A stretch of DNA of 64,000 nucleotides from a bacterium (GCA_021814165.1 JAKAIX010000002.1:5371-69370), one strand, 5' to 3'. Counted from the first letter of the stretch, positions 9,055 to 19,447 are shown. A program made the numbers and translations. Notes: generated by a model from the sequence alone, not told the origin.

Positions 9055-10196
9055 TGAAAAAATGTTGTTATGGCGCGGATAACCCTGTCCTGCTCGTCTT
9101 TCGTCACGTCGGGATGGAGCGGGAGCGAGAGAAGTTCGCTATATATTTGTTCCGTCACGGGGAATGCAACGCCCCGTTTCCTGAAATAACTCAGGAGGTG
9201 GCTGGGATAGTAATGGATACCGGTCTCGATGCCCTGCTTTGCCAGATGTTCCCTAAGTGCGTCACGCAACCCGCCTAATACCCGTATCGGATATATGTGC
9301 GGCACCACAGAACGGTAATCCGTCTTAAAAAGAACGATTCCGTTTGCATTTGCGAGAAGCCGATAATACCTCTTGGAAAGCGATTGTCTTTTCTTCTTAA
9401 ACTTTCCGAATTTCTTGAGTTGCGTTCGCCCGATCGCCGCCGAGATATTCGTCATGTGATACCGGTATCCCTGACGTACCACGTCAAACTCCCAGCTTCT
9501 CTCGCCCTTGTATCGTTTCTCCGAGTCGCCCATAACGCCGAGAAGGCGGGCGTCTCTCACATACCGTAGAACGCGCTTATCGGCGGTCACAACCGCCCCT
9601 CCGTCCCCCGAAGTGATGTTTTTAATCGGGTCAAAGCTGAAACATACGATGTCTCCGAACGAACCGACGAGTTTCCCCTTATGAACCGTTCCGAACGCAT
9701 GGGCTGCGTCTTCGATGACGCGCAAACGGTGTTTTCTCGCAAACGTGTAGATCTTCGTTAAATCCCCCGGGTCCCCGGCATAATGCACCGGTATGATCGC
9801 TTTCGTCTTCCTGGTTAATTTTCTTTCAGCGTCTTTTAAATCGATTGTCACGTTTTTCGGATCTATCTCACAGGCGACGGGAACGGCGCCTGCGGCGCGT
9901 ATTGCCTGGAAATCGGAGAGATATGTCAGGGACTGCACCAGAACCTCATCGCCCGGTTTCGTAACCGCCGCTACCGCAAGGTGGAGTGCCGAGGTGCCGG
10001 TATTCACGCATGCCACTTCTCCCTTTGTCCGGAGAAATTTTTTTAGCTCCGATTCAAATGCCTTAACCTCACCCCCCATGCCAAAATATCCCACCTCGAG
10101 CATTACATGACGCACGGCATTCACTTCCTTCATATCTACCACCGATTTCGAAAGCTTGATTGCTTTTTTATTGGTAGTGTTCCGCATCTGCTTCAT
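9030..10196 (-). CDS. DegT/DnrJ/EryC1/StrS-family sugar aminotransferase (PLP-dependent)
   Basis: Motif SFDPIKNITSGDGGAVVT (lysine-containing PLP site) and overall family conservation. Start set to the MKQ codon just after the upstream stop; the longer track start overlaps the upstream gene. Confidence 0.85.
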   Translation of the reverse strand: MKQMRNTTNKKAIKLSKSVVDMKEVNAVRHVMLEVGYFGMGGEVKAFESELKKFLRTKGEVACVNTGTSALHLAVAAVTKPGDEVLVQSLTYLSDFQAIRAAGAVPVACEIDPKNVTIDLKDAERKLTRKTKAIIPVHYAGDPGDLTKIYTFARKHRLRVIEDAAHAFGTVHKGKLVGSFGDIVCFSFDPIKNITSGDGGAVVTADKRVLRYVRDARLLGVMGDSEKRYKGERSWEFDVVRQGYRYHMTNISAAIGRTQLKKFGKFKKKRQSLSKRYYRLLANANGIVLFKTDYRSVVPHIYPIRVLGGLRDALREHLAKQGIETGIHYYPSHLLSYFRKRGVAFPVTEQIYSELLSLPLHPDVTKDEQDRVIRAITTFFQWNKKRPR

Positions 10197-10197
10197 T

Positions 10198-11103
10198 TTA
10201 TTTCTTTTTCGCGACGTAGAACATATAGCGCCCCGCATCGGGAACCGATTCGGCTACGGCAAGCTCCGACTTCATGAGCAACTTGGTTTCTTCTTCATCC
10301 AATCCGGAGGGACGGGCGACCGGCGCAAGCGGATCCCCCTCGATACCGGAACAGTTTCCTATCCCCATCACACCGAGAACATCAAAACCCGTTTCTTCGA
10401 GGAATTGCTTTGTTTCGTCGTTCGATCCCCACACGAAGTGTATGTCGGTATTCCACAATACCCCTTCTTTCTTCTCCAATATAACCGGAACGTCGGACCA
10501 TTTCCCGCAAGCGATGGAGTACAAAAGACTGAAATAACGCGACCTGAAGGAGGCGCACAGGAGTCCTCCCGGCTTTAACACCCTCAGAATTTCCTTCGTT
10601 ACCGATTCCCACCCGGGGAGAAAAAATGCAACCTCGATAAACAACACCGCATCGAAAGAGTTATCCTTGCTCTGTTTTAAAAACGGCACGAGATCGTCTA
10701 CGCGATATTCCGTGGAAGAAAGATTTTTTTCTTCCTTATACGCCTCGGCAACCCGGATCGCTTCGGGAGAAATATCAACACCTACCACCTTCCCGCCGGA
10801 ACGCACATAGTGCTCGGCGATAAGCGACGAGAAACGCCCCTGTCCGCATCCGAGGTCGAGGAACGAGCCGACAGGCGACACGTGATTTTCCCGGAAATAT
10901 TTTTCCATCCAGAACCAATACTGATCTCTGTAATACGCTTCGTCGGCGTCACCGGTCATACTATGACACTCCGCCGATCGGATAACCAACTTCCGGTGCC
11001 GCTCGGCGCGGAACGTGCGCCCCCCGAATCGCTCGTCCCACTTATGAAGGATGTGCAGCGCTTTTTCAAAAGCTCGAATGAAGAGGTGGGTAATTCTATA
11101 CAT
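10198..11103 (-). CDS. class I SAM-dependent methyltransferase
   Basis: FLDLGCGQGRFS (motif I) and VLKPGGLL (post-II); 301 aa. Confidence 0.75.
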   Translation of the reverse strand: MYRITHLFIRAFEKALHILHKWDERFGGRTFRAERHRKLVIRSAECHSMTGDADEAYYRDQYWFWMEKYFRENHVSPVGSFLDLGCGQGRFSSLIAEHYVRSGGKVVGVDISPEAIRVAEAYKEEKNLSSTEYRVDDLVPFLKQSKDNSFDAVLFIEVAFFLPGWESVTKEILRVLKPGGLLCASFRSRYFSLLYSIACGKWSDVPVILEKKEGVLWNTDIHFVWGSNDETKQFLEETGFDVLGVMGIGNCSGIEGDPLAPVARPSGLDEEETKLLMKSELAVAESVPDAGRYMFYVAKKK

Positions 11104-11107
11104 GGAT

Positions 11108-13303
11108 TTAGAGACAAAAACGCATCAGCGCCCGGAAACTCTCATCTCCGTACATCAGATAAGAGTTCGGATCGCGCGAAGGAGGATAATGTTTCGCGTG
11201 TTGCGCGATAACGCCGAGCTGAGGAAGGAGCGTCACAAGCTCGCGAGGAAGTCCCGATATTGCAACGTAATAGTCAGCCCACTCCCTGATTTTTTCCCTC
11301 CATCCGAATCTGTCCGAAAACGCCTCAAGTTCCTCTCCCTCCCCCGTCCTCTTCCATTGTACGAGGAGGGGGGAAAATAGGAAATTGGCGAGATCAAAGA
11401 ACGGGGCGGCCTCCTTTTCAGCGTGTTCAAAATCAAGCATATGCATTACTCCCTTGCGATCAAGAACAAGGTTGCAGAGGTCATAATCCCCGTGCTCGAG
11501 GGAAAGAGGAATTTTGAAGTCCTTACACGATTCGAGAGCGCGGAGAAACGAATCATACGCTTCCTTCGTGTCGTCGTCATTTACCCGCGCAAGTACCTGA
11601 GCCGCCTGTTCTTTAGCGTGCGAGATGAACGCTTTTTTATCCAAAACCCCACCGCTCTCGGTCGAATGATGCAATTCCGCAAGCAATCGAATTCCCTGCC
11701 GTACGAAGGGATCGATCCTTCGAAGCCATCTCCTTGTCGCATAACCGCGCAACGAGCGGGCGATTTTCTCCGCAAATAAAGATCTGATTTTTATCTGTTT
11801 GGGAGAAAATGTCCTCAAGGTTTCCCACAACCGTATTCTCACCGGTTTCCCTTCAAGGTGCTTTATAATCTCGACCGGCGGTTCATGCTTTTCTTCGTGG
11901 ATCCCGAGAACGTCGGGGATGCGCGAAAGGAGCGACTCGCTCTTGATAAGAGACCGCGCATAGCGCACCATCTCCACTTCGTGACGAAGAAAAATTCCCG
12001 AATCGTCCTTTCTTCCGACTTTACAAAATAAGATAGGCGTTCCCTTGCTCGTATCGTACACCGTGAAGTGCGCCGGGTTTCTGTCATTCATTCTCGAGGG
12101 GGTCATCCTTGCCTTATAAGAACATGCGTCTCCCTTTAGGAATCCCGCGTTCCGGAGAAGCGAGATGATGCGCGATGGAGCGGGGTTGCGGGACGATTCC
12201 TTACGGAGAATTATTCCCAAGCTTGGAGAAAAGTATTTTTCGAGACGCCGGGGAAATAACCCCAAAACAAACGCGATTACTCTCCACCTCAAGCTGGTAT
12301 TCGATCCGCGAGATATCGGCGAGAGAACGCGATGGAAAATATCAAAAGGAGTAACACTGTCCATCGTATTGTAATGAGGGAAGACGGAGTACAAGGAAGA
12401 AACCTTGAAGCGTTCCTCCCGCGCGATTTTTTTCAACCCGCGCGGCGAATAAATGAACGTTCGATACGCGATTCCCTTTCTTTTTTTCGTAATCCAATTC
12501 GCAAGAACGCGGGGAAGCAGGGTAACGCAGTGCACGTTTACGTGATCGTCCGGCGTTCCCAAAAAATACTGGATTCCCAAACGGTTCTCAATCGTTATGC
12601 ATATCGCTCCCTCCGGCTTCAATACCCGGTATAATTCGCGGAGTGCCGCACGCTGCATGGATCTCGGATCGGGCTCCTTTCCCCTTTTCTCTTCGAATTT
12701 TCCCTCCCAATGTTTCTCAAGAACAACGTCTTGTATCACCCCAAGCCACTCGAATACGCCGTTTAAAACCACCAGATCGAACATGTTATCGGGAAAAGGG
12801 AGTTTCGCGTTCAAATCCGCGGCAACGGGATGAATATTCGAAAGACCTTCCTGCTCCGATCGGATTTTCAAAAACTCAAGCGTTTCAATCGTCTTATCAA
12901 GCGCATACACCTGCGCGTGGTACTGTGCCGCCGGAACCGCAATTCCTCCCCACATAGCTCCTCCGTCCAGGATTACCGCTTCTTTCCTTGCGGGCCAGAG
13001 AAACTGCATATCCCCTCTTGCAAGAGGAGTAAAATGCGCGCTATATTCGGGAATTATTTTTTTTGCGCTCGCCATCCAGTCGCCGCTCTCCTTTGCTTCC
13101 TTATTCAATCGTCTCATCGTGTCTCTGTTTACGTTGCACCAGTATCCGTCCTCGGGCATGAAATCCGGAATGCCACGTACCACTTTGTATGCCGCACCGC
13201 ATGCATTACAAAAAAGGCGCTCTGCCTCGATTTGCAGAGCCGCACCGCAGTTAGTGCACGAAAATGTCGGCTGTGATACCGAATTACCCTGTTGTGTTTT
13301 CAT
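11108..13303 (-). CDS. three-domain fusion: Trm112-like Zn-ribbon + class I SAM methyltransferase + C-terminal aminoglycoside/choline-kinase-like (APH-fold) kinase domain
   Basis: 731 aa. N-terminus CTNCGA...CNACGAAYKVVRGIPDFM (Trm112-like ribbon). Middle region LKPEGAICITIENRL (MTase motif post-II). C-terminus LSLEHGDYDLCNLVLDRKGVMHMLDFEHA resembles the HGDxxxxN catalytic loop plus the downstream D of APH/ChoK kinases. Confidence 0.6.
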   Translation of the reverse strand: MKTQQGNSVSQPTFSCTNCGAALQIEAERLFCNACGAAYKVVRGIPDFMPEDGYWCNVNRDTMRRLNKEAKESGDWMASAKKIIPEYSAHFTPLARGDMQFLWPARKEAVILDGGAMWGGIAVPAAQYHAQVYALDKTIETLEFLKIRSEQEGLSNIHPVAADLNAKLPFPDNMFDLVVLNGVFEWLGVIQDVVLEKHWEGKFEEKRGKEPDPRSMQRAALRELYRVLKPEGAICITIENRLGIQYFLGTPDDHVNVHCVTLLPRVLANWITKKRKGIAYRTFIYSPRGLKKIAREERFKVSSLYSVFPHYNTMDSVTPFDIFHRVLSPISRGSNTSLRWRVIAFVLGLFPRRLEKYFSPSLGIILRKESSRNPAPSRIISLLRNAGFLKGDACSYKARMTPSRMNDRNPAHFTVYDTSKGTPILFCKVGRKDDSGIFLRHEVEMVRYARSLIKSESLLSRIPDVLGIHEEKHEPPVEIIKHLEGKPVRIRLWETLRTFSPKQIKIRSLFAEKIARSLRGYATRRWLRRIDPFVRQGIRLLAELHHSTESGGVLDKKAFISHAKEQAAQVLARVNDDDTKEAYDSFLRALESCKDFKIPLSLEHGDYDLCNLVLDRKGVMHMLDFEHAEKEAAPFFDLANFLFSPLLVQWKRTGEGEELEAFSDRFGWREKIREWADYYVAISGLPRELVTLLPQLGVIAQHAKHYPPSRDPNSYLMYGDESFRALMRFCL

Positions 13304-13309
13304 AATGTG

Positions 13310-14044
13310 TCACGCGTTTCCGGAATCAAAATTATGGTATTTCTTCGCAACGAAGAGATTTGCCTTGAGAAGCCAGTAGAAGTTCCCGCAATCGAACCAT
13401 TCCCCTTTCAGTTTAAAGTAACTCAATTCGCCTCGCTCGAGATATACGCGATTAACATCCGTAATCTCGTACTCGCCCCGCTTTGAGGGCTTGAGCGTAT
13501 CGATGACATCGAATACATCGGGGTTGTACATATAAATCCCCACCGCGCACCAATTCGATTTCGGCGCAACGGGTTTTTCTTCTATGTCGATTACTTTTCC
13601 GTCTTTCATCTCGACGACGCCGTAATCCCGCGCCTCCGGATGCTCCTTGAGAAAAATGGCTGCCCCCTTCATTTTTTGGAACGCTTGAACCGGCTCTTTT
13701 AAGGAATCTTCGAATACGTTGTCGCCAAGTACCATGATGATTTTTTCTCCCTGGGCGAAATCTTTTGCGAGGCGGAGCGCATCGGCAAGACCGTTCGGAG
13801 CAAGCTGCACCGCATACCGAAGCCGCGCGCCGAGCCCCGATCCGTTATCGAGCAGGCTCGTAAAATGACTCATGTATTCGCCGCTTGTGACGATTAAGAT
13901 GTCGGTAACGCCCGCTTCGACGAGTTTCTCGATTGGAAAATAAATGAGCGGCTTGTTGTATACCGGCAAAAGGTGTTTGTTCGTGACCGCGGTCAAAGGA
14001 TGAAGACGCGATCCCGATCCCCCTGCTAAAATGACTCCTTTCAT
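13310..14044 (-). CDS. rmlA: glucose-1-phosphate thymidylyltransferase-like (short-form RmlA family)
   Basis: MKGVILAGGSGSRLHPLT N-terminus, 244 aa, directly downstream of rmlB. Confidence 0.75.
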   Translation of the reverse strand: MKGVILAGGSGSRLHPLTAVTNKHLLPVYNKPLIYFPIEKLVEAGVTDILIVTSGEYMSHFTSLLDNGSGLGARLRYAVQLAPNGLADALRLAKDFAQGEKIIMVLGDNVFEDSLKEPVQAFQKMKGAAIFLKEHPEARDYGVVEMKDGKVIDIEEKPVAPKSNWCAVGIYMYNPDVFDVIDTLKPSKRGEYEITDVNRVYLERGELSYFKLKGEWFDCGNFYWLLKANLFVAKKYHNFDSGNA

Positions 14045-14056
14045 ATCACTATTTTA

Positions 14057-15112
14057 TTATTTTGACATTGTACGATGACCTTTCCATAAATCAATATGCG
14101 GGTTAAAAACCCCGGTTCTTTTTCTCACCCTGTCGATCCATTCCCTATTATCGAGATACCACCGGATGGTAGCGGAAAACGCCTCGCGAAAATGCGTTGT
14201 AGGCCTCCAACCGAGTTCTTTTTTTATCTTCGACGCATCAATCGCGTATCGCCTGTCGTGCCCCGGGCGGTCTTTCACAAACTCGATCCATGACCGGTCG
14301 CGCTTGAACATGCGAAGGATGAGATCCGCGATTTCAAGGTTGCTCATCTCGTTATCGGCACCGATGTTATATACCTCCCCCGCCTTTCCTCTGAAAAGGC
14401 AGAGCCGCAGCGCTTCGCAATGGTCCAGCACGTAGATCCAGTCCCGCACGTTTTTCCCGTCGCCGTACATCGGGAGTTTCTTTCCTTCAATCATCCGCAA
14501 CACGAAAAAAGGAATGAGTTTTTCCGGGTACTGATACGGCCCGTAATTATTCGAGCAGTGCGTAACGACGACCGGCACTCCGAACGTGTTGTGATACGAC
14601 CGGCAAAGCATGTCACCGCCCGCTTTTGTCGCGGCGTACGGAACGTTCGGCGCAAACGCGGTCGTTTCCTTGAATTCCGATCGGGAACCGAGCGACAAGC
14701 TCCCGTACACTTCGTCCGTCGAAACCTGCACGTACTTTTCCACCCCCGGCATCGACTTTACCGCCTCGAGAATATTAAATACCCCCGCGACATTCGTGCT
14801 AATAAACTCTTTCGCGCCGACATGGATACTTCTGTCGACATGCGTCTCCGCCGCAAAATTAATGACGTGCGTCGGACGAAATTTCTTAAACGTTGCATCA
14901 ACCGCCGTTTTGTCTGCCACGTCGCCGCGAACGAATTGATAGCGGCGGTCGCGCGCGACGTCTTTCAGGTTATCGAGATTCCCCGAGTAGGTCAGTTTGT
15001 CGAAGTTTGCCACGCGACACCCGGGATGTCGCTTCAGAACGTATCGCACGAAATTCGAGCCAATAAAGCCGGCTCCCCCGAACACGAGTATTTTCACCGT
15101 CGATTTCATCGA
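14057..15112 (-). CDS. rmlB: dTDP-glucose 4,6-dehydratase
   Basis: Start at MKSTVKILVFGGAGFIGSNFV; YxxxK and the rest conserved (VSTDEVYG, CSNNYGPYQYPEKLIP, NVRDWIYVLDHC). Confidence 0.9.
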   Translation of the reverse strand, partial: SMKSTVKILVFGGAGFIGSNFVRYVLKRHPGCRVANFDKLTYSGNLDNLKDVARDRRYQFVRGDVADKTAVDATFKKFRPTHVINFAAETHVDRSIHVGAKEFISTNVAGVFNILEAVKSMPGVEKYVQVSTDEVYGSLSLGSRSEFKETTAFAPNVPYAATKAGGDMLCRSYHNTFGVPVVVTHCSNNYGPYQYPEKLIPFFVLRMIEGKKLPMYGDGKNVRDWIYVLDHCEALRLCLFRGKAGEVYNIGADNEMSNLEIADLILRMFKRDRSWIEFVKDRPGHDRRYAIDASKIKKELGWRPTTHFREAFSATIRWYLDNREWIDRVRKRTGVFNPHIDLWKGHRTMSK

Positions 15113-15153
15113 GTTTTTCTTCCTTAAAAGTATACGTCCGAGGGGGAGGAAGG

Positions 15154-17130
15154 TCAAAAAACGCTTTTCTTTTCTACAAAATCGGCAACCGCGGCTGCCG
15201 CACGCTCCGCGGCGTTCCCGTCGAGTGCGGTCCCGTAACGGACGAGAAACTCATTATTCGAACAGTCCGCGGAATATGTCTTCTTCTCAAGCCATTGCAA
15301 CACAGAATTCATAAGAACATCGGGATCGTCGGCGCATACCGCTCGTTTGTAAAGCAGCCGCTTCGCGTCCTCGGAGAGACCGAGATTTTTCGTAAGGCAG
15401 AACACCGGCACCGGGTACGTAACCGCCTGTATCACGGTCGTGCTCGGCATGTCGACGATAATCGCATCCGCGCAGGAAAAAAGATCCATCGTACCGACGC
15501 TCGATCTGATCTCAACTATCCCCTTCGATGCGAACGAATGTACATAGCGGTCAAGTCCCGATACGGCGTATGACCGTGTCGGATGGAGTTTCACTATCTT
15601 CGTTCCCCGCATTTCCGCAAGCCGTCCGATGATCGTTCGCTGCGCGTCATAAATGGAATTGTCGGACCACGGCACCGAATTGAAGGGGTATGCGTGGCTC
15701 AGATAATACATCGTGGTCGCATACACGATGCAAGGGCGTGGCGCATTCGTAACTCCCGCGCGGACGAGGGTTGCGTTCATGTCGACGGCTTCGCGCATTG
15801 CGCCGCTCCGCAACACATCGATACTCGCCGAACCCACGACTTTTAGCTCTTTCTTCAAGCCGAGCCCCTGAAGAGCTCTCCTGCGGTTCTCTTCCGATCC
15901 CTCGGCCCAATCCAGAAAGAGATCGGCTGCAGCCGCGTCATCGAGGGTCAACGACCCGATCGGCTGGTAATTCAGGTCGCCGTGCTGCCAACCGATTACC
16001 GGAATTGAGAGATCCTGTGCGGCTTTCGCGATACTTTTTGCGATGGGCGTCGGCGCGATCGAGAAAAGGAGCGCGCGGATTTTTTTCTTCCGGAAGAATT
16101 TCCGCGTCCTATCGTATGCGTGAAGCGACGCGGGCACGATCATGTGCAAAAAGAAGGAGATTCTCCCCCGGAAAAACGGAAAAAGGCAAAGGTCGCCGTC
16201 ACTCATGCTTTTTCGGAACGACGGAGACGTTTCGAGTTCTTTTAATAACGTTTCAAAGATACCGGCGTAGGAGGAACCGCACGACCATCGTTCCAGAGTT
16301 CCTTCGATCTGCCCCGATACCGAGTATCCTTTCCGGAAGAGCGCCTGGCCGGCAAAATTCCAATCATAGCCGCCCGAGAGGAGAATGACCGGCCTCGAAC
16401 GCAGCTGCTTCCGGAAAAGACGCACGGCGCGGGAAAATGACGTCGATCGGGCGATATTCACGAAATAAAAGAGTTGGGGGGATTTCTGGACTAGTTTTCT
16501 TAGAAACGAAAGGGAATCCGATTTTGACAAACGTCGGGAAGAAACGGTTTCCGAACCGGGATTCGTAATCTTCACCGTTTCGGAAGGCGCGAGGAGCGGG
16601 AGTATTTTCGAAAAAAGATTTTCACGGGGATTCCACAGCGACCCTTCGTCGGCACGACGCGCCTGAACGAGCGCGCCGCATGAATCGGAGAAATAACCCA
16701 CCGCGTCCGGCAGTTCCCGTGCAATGATGTTCCTCGCCTGGAACAAAACGGTCCCCAGCGAGAGAAAATTCGCGGTAAACGCGTTCAATCCGTACCACGC
16801 GAGCCGAAGCCCGCGTTCGCGGATCGGGGGGAGTTTTTCCGAAAGCGAAGAATCTATTTCCCGTACCGCGGCGATACATTGCTTCTCCAATCCTTCGGAA
16901 TACGAGGAAAGCTCATTGGATTCGTAGTACTCTTCGGGAATACGATACGAAAATTTCGCGGCATCGAACACGAATCGCGGTTCGACCGACGTCGGTATCA
17001 CAATGCACTTGTTCGCCGATATCGAGTCGCGCCTTGCGAGGATTTCCTTCGCGTGCGCCTCGGTGTGGGCAAAAAGAAGAAGTTTTCCTTCTCTCGATAA
17101 AAACTCCTGGAGATCGACGTCGTTATTCAT
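15154..17130 (-). CDS. large hypothetical GT-B-like protein with a C-terminal HP motif (candidate CMP-nonulosonate / capsule-type glycosyl- or glycerophospho-transferase)
   Basis: 658 aa. The C-terminal region IVKLHPTRSY..DAIIVDMPSTT resembles the HP motif of TagF, KpsS and sialyltransferase-like GT-B enzymes. Assignment is by motif only. Confidence 0.35.
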   Translation of the reverse strand: MNNDVDLQEFLSREGKLLLFAHTEAHAKEILARRDSISANKCIVIPTSVEPRFVFDAAKFSYRIPEEYYESNELSSYSEGLEKQCIAAVREIDSSLSEKLPPIRERGLRLAWYGLNAFTANFLSLGTVLFQARNIIARELPDAVGYFSDSCGALVQARRADEGSLWNPRENLFSKILPLLAPSETVKITNPGSETVSSRRLSKSDSLSFLRKLVQKSPQLFYFVNIARSTSFSRAVRLFRKQLRSRPVILLSGGYDWNFAGQALFRKGYSVSGQIEGTLERWSCGSSYAGIFETLLKELETSPSFRKSMSDGDLCLFPFFRGRISFFLHMIVPASLHAYDRTRKFFRKKKIRALLFSIAPTPIAKSIAKAAQDLSIPVIGWQHGDLNYQPIGSLTLDDAAAADLFLDWAEGSEENRRRALQGLGLKKELKVVGSASIDVLRSGAMREAVDMNATLVRAGVTNAPRPCIVYATTMYYLSHAYPFNSVPWSDNSIYDAQRTIIGRLAEMRGTKIVKLHPTRSYAVSGLDRYVHSFASKGIVEIRSSVGTMDLFSCADAIIVDMPSTTVIQAVTYPVPVFCLTKNLGLSEDAKRLLYKRAVCADDPDVLMNSVLQWLEKKTYSADCSNNEFLVRYGTALDGNAAERAAAAVADFVEKKSVF

Positions 17131-17154
17131 TGATCGGGAAAATACAACGGGAAT

Positions 17155-17940
17155 CTATTTTTCCGCAACGCCAAGAACCATAAGTTCGACGGCCCATCTG
17201 AAAAATTTGATGCCCGTAAAACGGGAAAACGCGCGGGCGGCTGGAGTGGAGAAGAAAATTCTCAGGAACGCGGCAATGCCTTTTATCGGCGGAAATTTCC
17301 ACGCGACCGGCAGCTGATGAAATTTCTCCGCATGGACGTTCTTGAATCCGTGCATCGCGAAGGTGTCGGCAAGAGACGTTGTGTCGTACGGACGGCAGTG
17401 CGTAGGATCTTCATAAAATACCTTCATCTGGCTCACCCAATCGGGAGTGAGAACCACTACCTTCCCGCCCGGTTTCAGCACGCGATAGGTTTCCTTCATG
17501 AGATGCGCCGCCGAGTAAAAATGTTCAATCACCGATTTGTGATACACCACGTCGAACGTATTGTCTTCAAAGGGAAACCGTTCCGATTCAAGGTTTGTCT
17601 TCTTGAGTTCCACTTGAGACGAGAGCGCTGTGTCGAGTTCCTTATCGATACCGGAACACCGAAACCCGAGATTCTTGAATGCGAGAAGAAAATCGCCTCT
17701 CCCGCACCCAACCTCGAGGAGGGTTCCGTTCTTTTTGAGAGAAAAACGACCGGATAAGTATCCGGCGAGTTTCGCGGGATAGCTCGTTTTCGGAGTTCTT
17801 TCCTCGTTATATACCACCTTCAGATAGTCGGTGCTCATATAAGACCAGAGTAACTTTTTATGGGGAAAATAGGAAGTGGCTGAGGGAAACCATATAAAAA
17901 CTCCCCGCCATAAAACGCGGCGGGGAGATATACGCTTCAT
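17155..17940 (-). CDS. class I SAM-dependent methyltransferase
   Basis: LLEVGCGRGDFL (motif I) and VLKPGGKVVVL. The N-terminal 34 aa look non-native; an alternative start is M35 at 17838. Confidence 0.7.
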   Translation of the reverse strand: MKRISPRRVLWRGVFIWFPSATSYFPHKKLLWSYMSTDYLKVVYNEERTPKTSYPAKLAGYLSGRFSLKKNGTLLEVGCGRGDFLLAFKNLGFRCSGIDKELDTALSSQVELKKTNLESERFPFEDNTFDVVYHKSVIEHFYSAAHLMKETYRVLKPGGKVVVLTPDWVSQMKVFYEDPTHCRPYDTTSLADTFAMHGFKNVHAEKFHQLPVAWKFPPIKGIAAFLRIFFSTPAARAFSRFTGIKFFRWAVELMVLGVAEK

Positions 17941-17946
17941 TAAGAG

Positions 17947-18816
17947 TTACTTTCTCCTGAGTTTCTGTTTTATGGGGATCTCGCTCTCGTAAACCTTCTT
18001 TACTCCGTCTCCAAGGGAAGACTCGAGCGCGCGGATATCGTTCACTATTCTCTCAAATCCCTGTCGCTCGACGGAGGCGGCCTGATCGCTCCCCCACATC
18101 GCCCGATCAAGGGTGATGTGACGTTCAACGAGACACGCGCCGAACGCTACCGATCCGGTCGTCGGAATCAACCCGACTTCGTGGCCCGAATATCCGACAG
18201 GTACCTCGTACCGCGAGCGCAGGAAAGGAATAACCCGGATATTCAGCTCCTCGAGTTTCGAAGGATACGTACTTGTCGCATGAAGTACTATCAAGTCGTC
18301 TTTTCCGAGTACCTCAACCGCATGATCGATTTCTTCAACCGTACTCATGCCCGTCGAGAGAATTACCGGTTTCCCTTTCGATCTGATGTGGCGCAGAAGA
18401 CCGTCATCCGTGAGAGATGCCGAGGCAATTTTATAGCAAGGCACGTTGAATTTCTCCAAAAAATCGACGCTCGCTTCGTCCCACGGAGAAGCAAACCAGA
18501 TGATTCCTTTTTCCTTGCAATAGCGATCTATTTCTTTGTATGCGTCCTCGCCGAACTCCAACCCGCGTTTCAAATCGCCGTTTGTGGGACCAAACGGATT
18601 CTCTCGCGGTTTCGCGAGCTCTTCAGGCGTATAAACGACGTCAACCGTGCGTTTCTGGAACTTCACCGCGTCGCATCCGGTAGCCACCGCGGTATCGATG
18701 AGTTTTTTTGCGATGTCTATATCACCATTGTGATTAATACCGATCTCCGCCACGACGAAAGTCGGGCATCCGTCTCCTACCAGTTTATTGCCGATTTTTA
18801 CCGTTTTTTTATCCAT
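17947..18816 (-). CDS. NeuB-family nonulosonic acid (sialic/pseudaminic/legionaminic/KDN-type) synthase
   Basis: FVVAEIGINHNGDIDIAKKLIDTA..CDAVKFQKR are NeuB TIM-barrel hallmarks; 289 aa without the antifreeze-like C-terminal domain. Confidence 0.85.
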   Translation of the reverse strand: MDKKTVKIGNKLVGDGCPTFVVAEIGINHNGDIDIAKKLIDTAVATGCDAVKFQKRTVDVVYTPEELAKPRENPFGPTNGDLKRGLEFGEDAYKEIDRYCKEKGIIWFASPWDEASVDFLEKFNVPCYKIASASLTDDGLLRHIRSKGKPVILSTGMSTVEEIDHAVEVLGKDDLIVLHATSTYPSKLEELNIRVIPFLRSRYEVPVGYSGHEVGLIPTTGSVAFGACLVERHITLDRAMWGSDQAASVERQGFERIVNDIRALESSLGDGVKKVYESEIPIKQKLRRK

Positions 18817-18871
18817 AGTGTTATATCTTCGGGCGACAATTCATTTATTCACGAAACGATATCGAAGTCAA

Positions 18872-19444
18872 CTATGCGAAAAGTTCTTTCTCTACGAGTT
18901 CGCAGATTATATGCCCCGCGGTGATATGAGCTTCCTGGATCCGCGGCGTATTTGTCGAAGGAATCAAAAGAAGAATATCCGCTTCCCCCTTGAGTTTCCC
19001 TCCGGTCTCTCCCGTAAACGCGATCGTCACCGCACCGAGCGAGCGGGCTTTTTTGATTCCGCGGATCACGTTTTCGGCATTTCCGCTCGTGCTTATGCCG
19101 ATTACGACGTCTTCTTTTGTCACAATCCCTTCCACTTGACGCTCAAAAACCGCACCGTAATCGTAATCGTTTCCTATCGCGGTCAGAATCGAGGTGTTCG
19201 TGGTAAGTGCGAAAGCGGGCAAACTCTTTCGTTCGATTTTGAATCGCCCGGCGAGTTCCGCGGCAATATGCTGGGCATCGGCGGCGCTGCCTCCGTTTCC
19301 GAAAATAACGAGTTTGCCTCCCTTCCGATACGACCCGACGATTGAGCTCGTTATCTCCGCGATGACGGAAACGCAAAGGGATGAGACTTTCCTCATCGTC
19401 TCCTCGTGCTCTTGTAGTCGTTCATTGATGTTTTCTTCTTCCAT
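18872..19444 (-). CDS. SIS-domain sugar-phosphate isomerase, GmhA-like (sedoheptulose-7-P isomerase family)
   Basis: 190 aa; GNGGSAADAQH and ISTSGN are canonical GmhA/SIS motifs. Confidence 0.75.
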   Translation of the reverse strand: MEEENINERLQEHEETMRKVSSLCVSVIAEITSSIVGSYRKGGKLVIFGNGGSAADAQHIAAELAGRFKIERKSLPAFALTTNTSILTAIGNDYDYGAVFERQVEGIVTKEDVVIGISTSGNAENVIRGIKKARSLGAVTIAFTGETGGKLKGEADILLLIPSTNTPRIQEAHITAGHIICELVEKELFA

Positions 19445-19447
19445 ATA

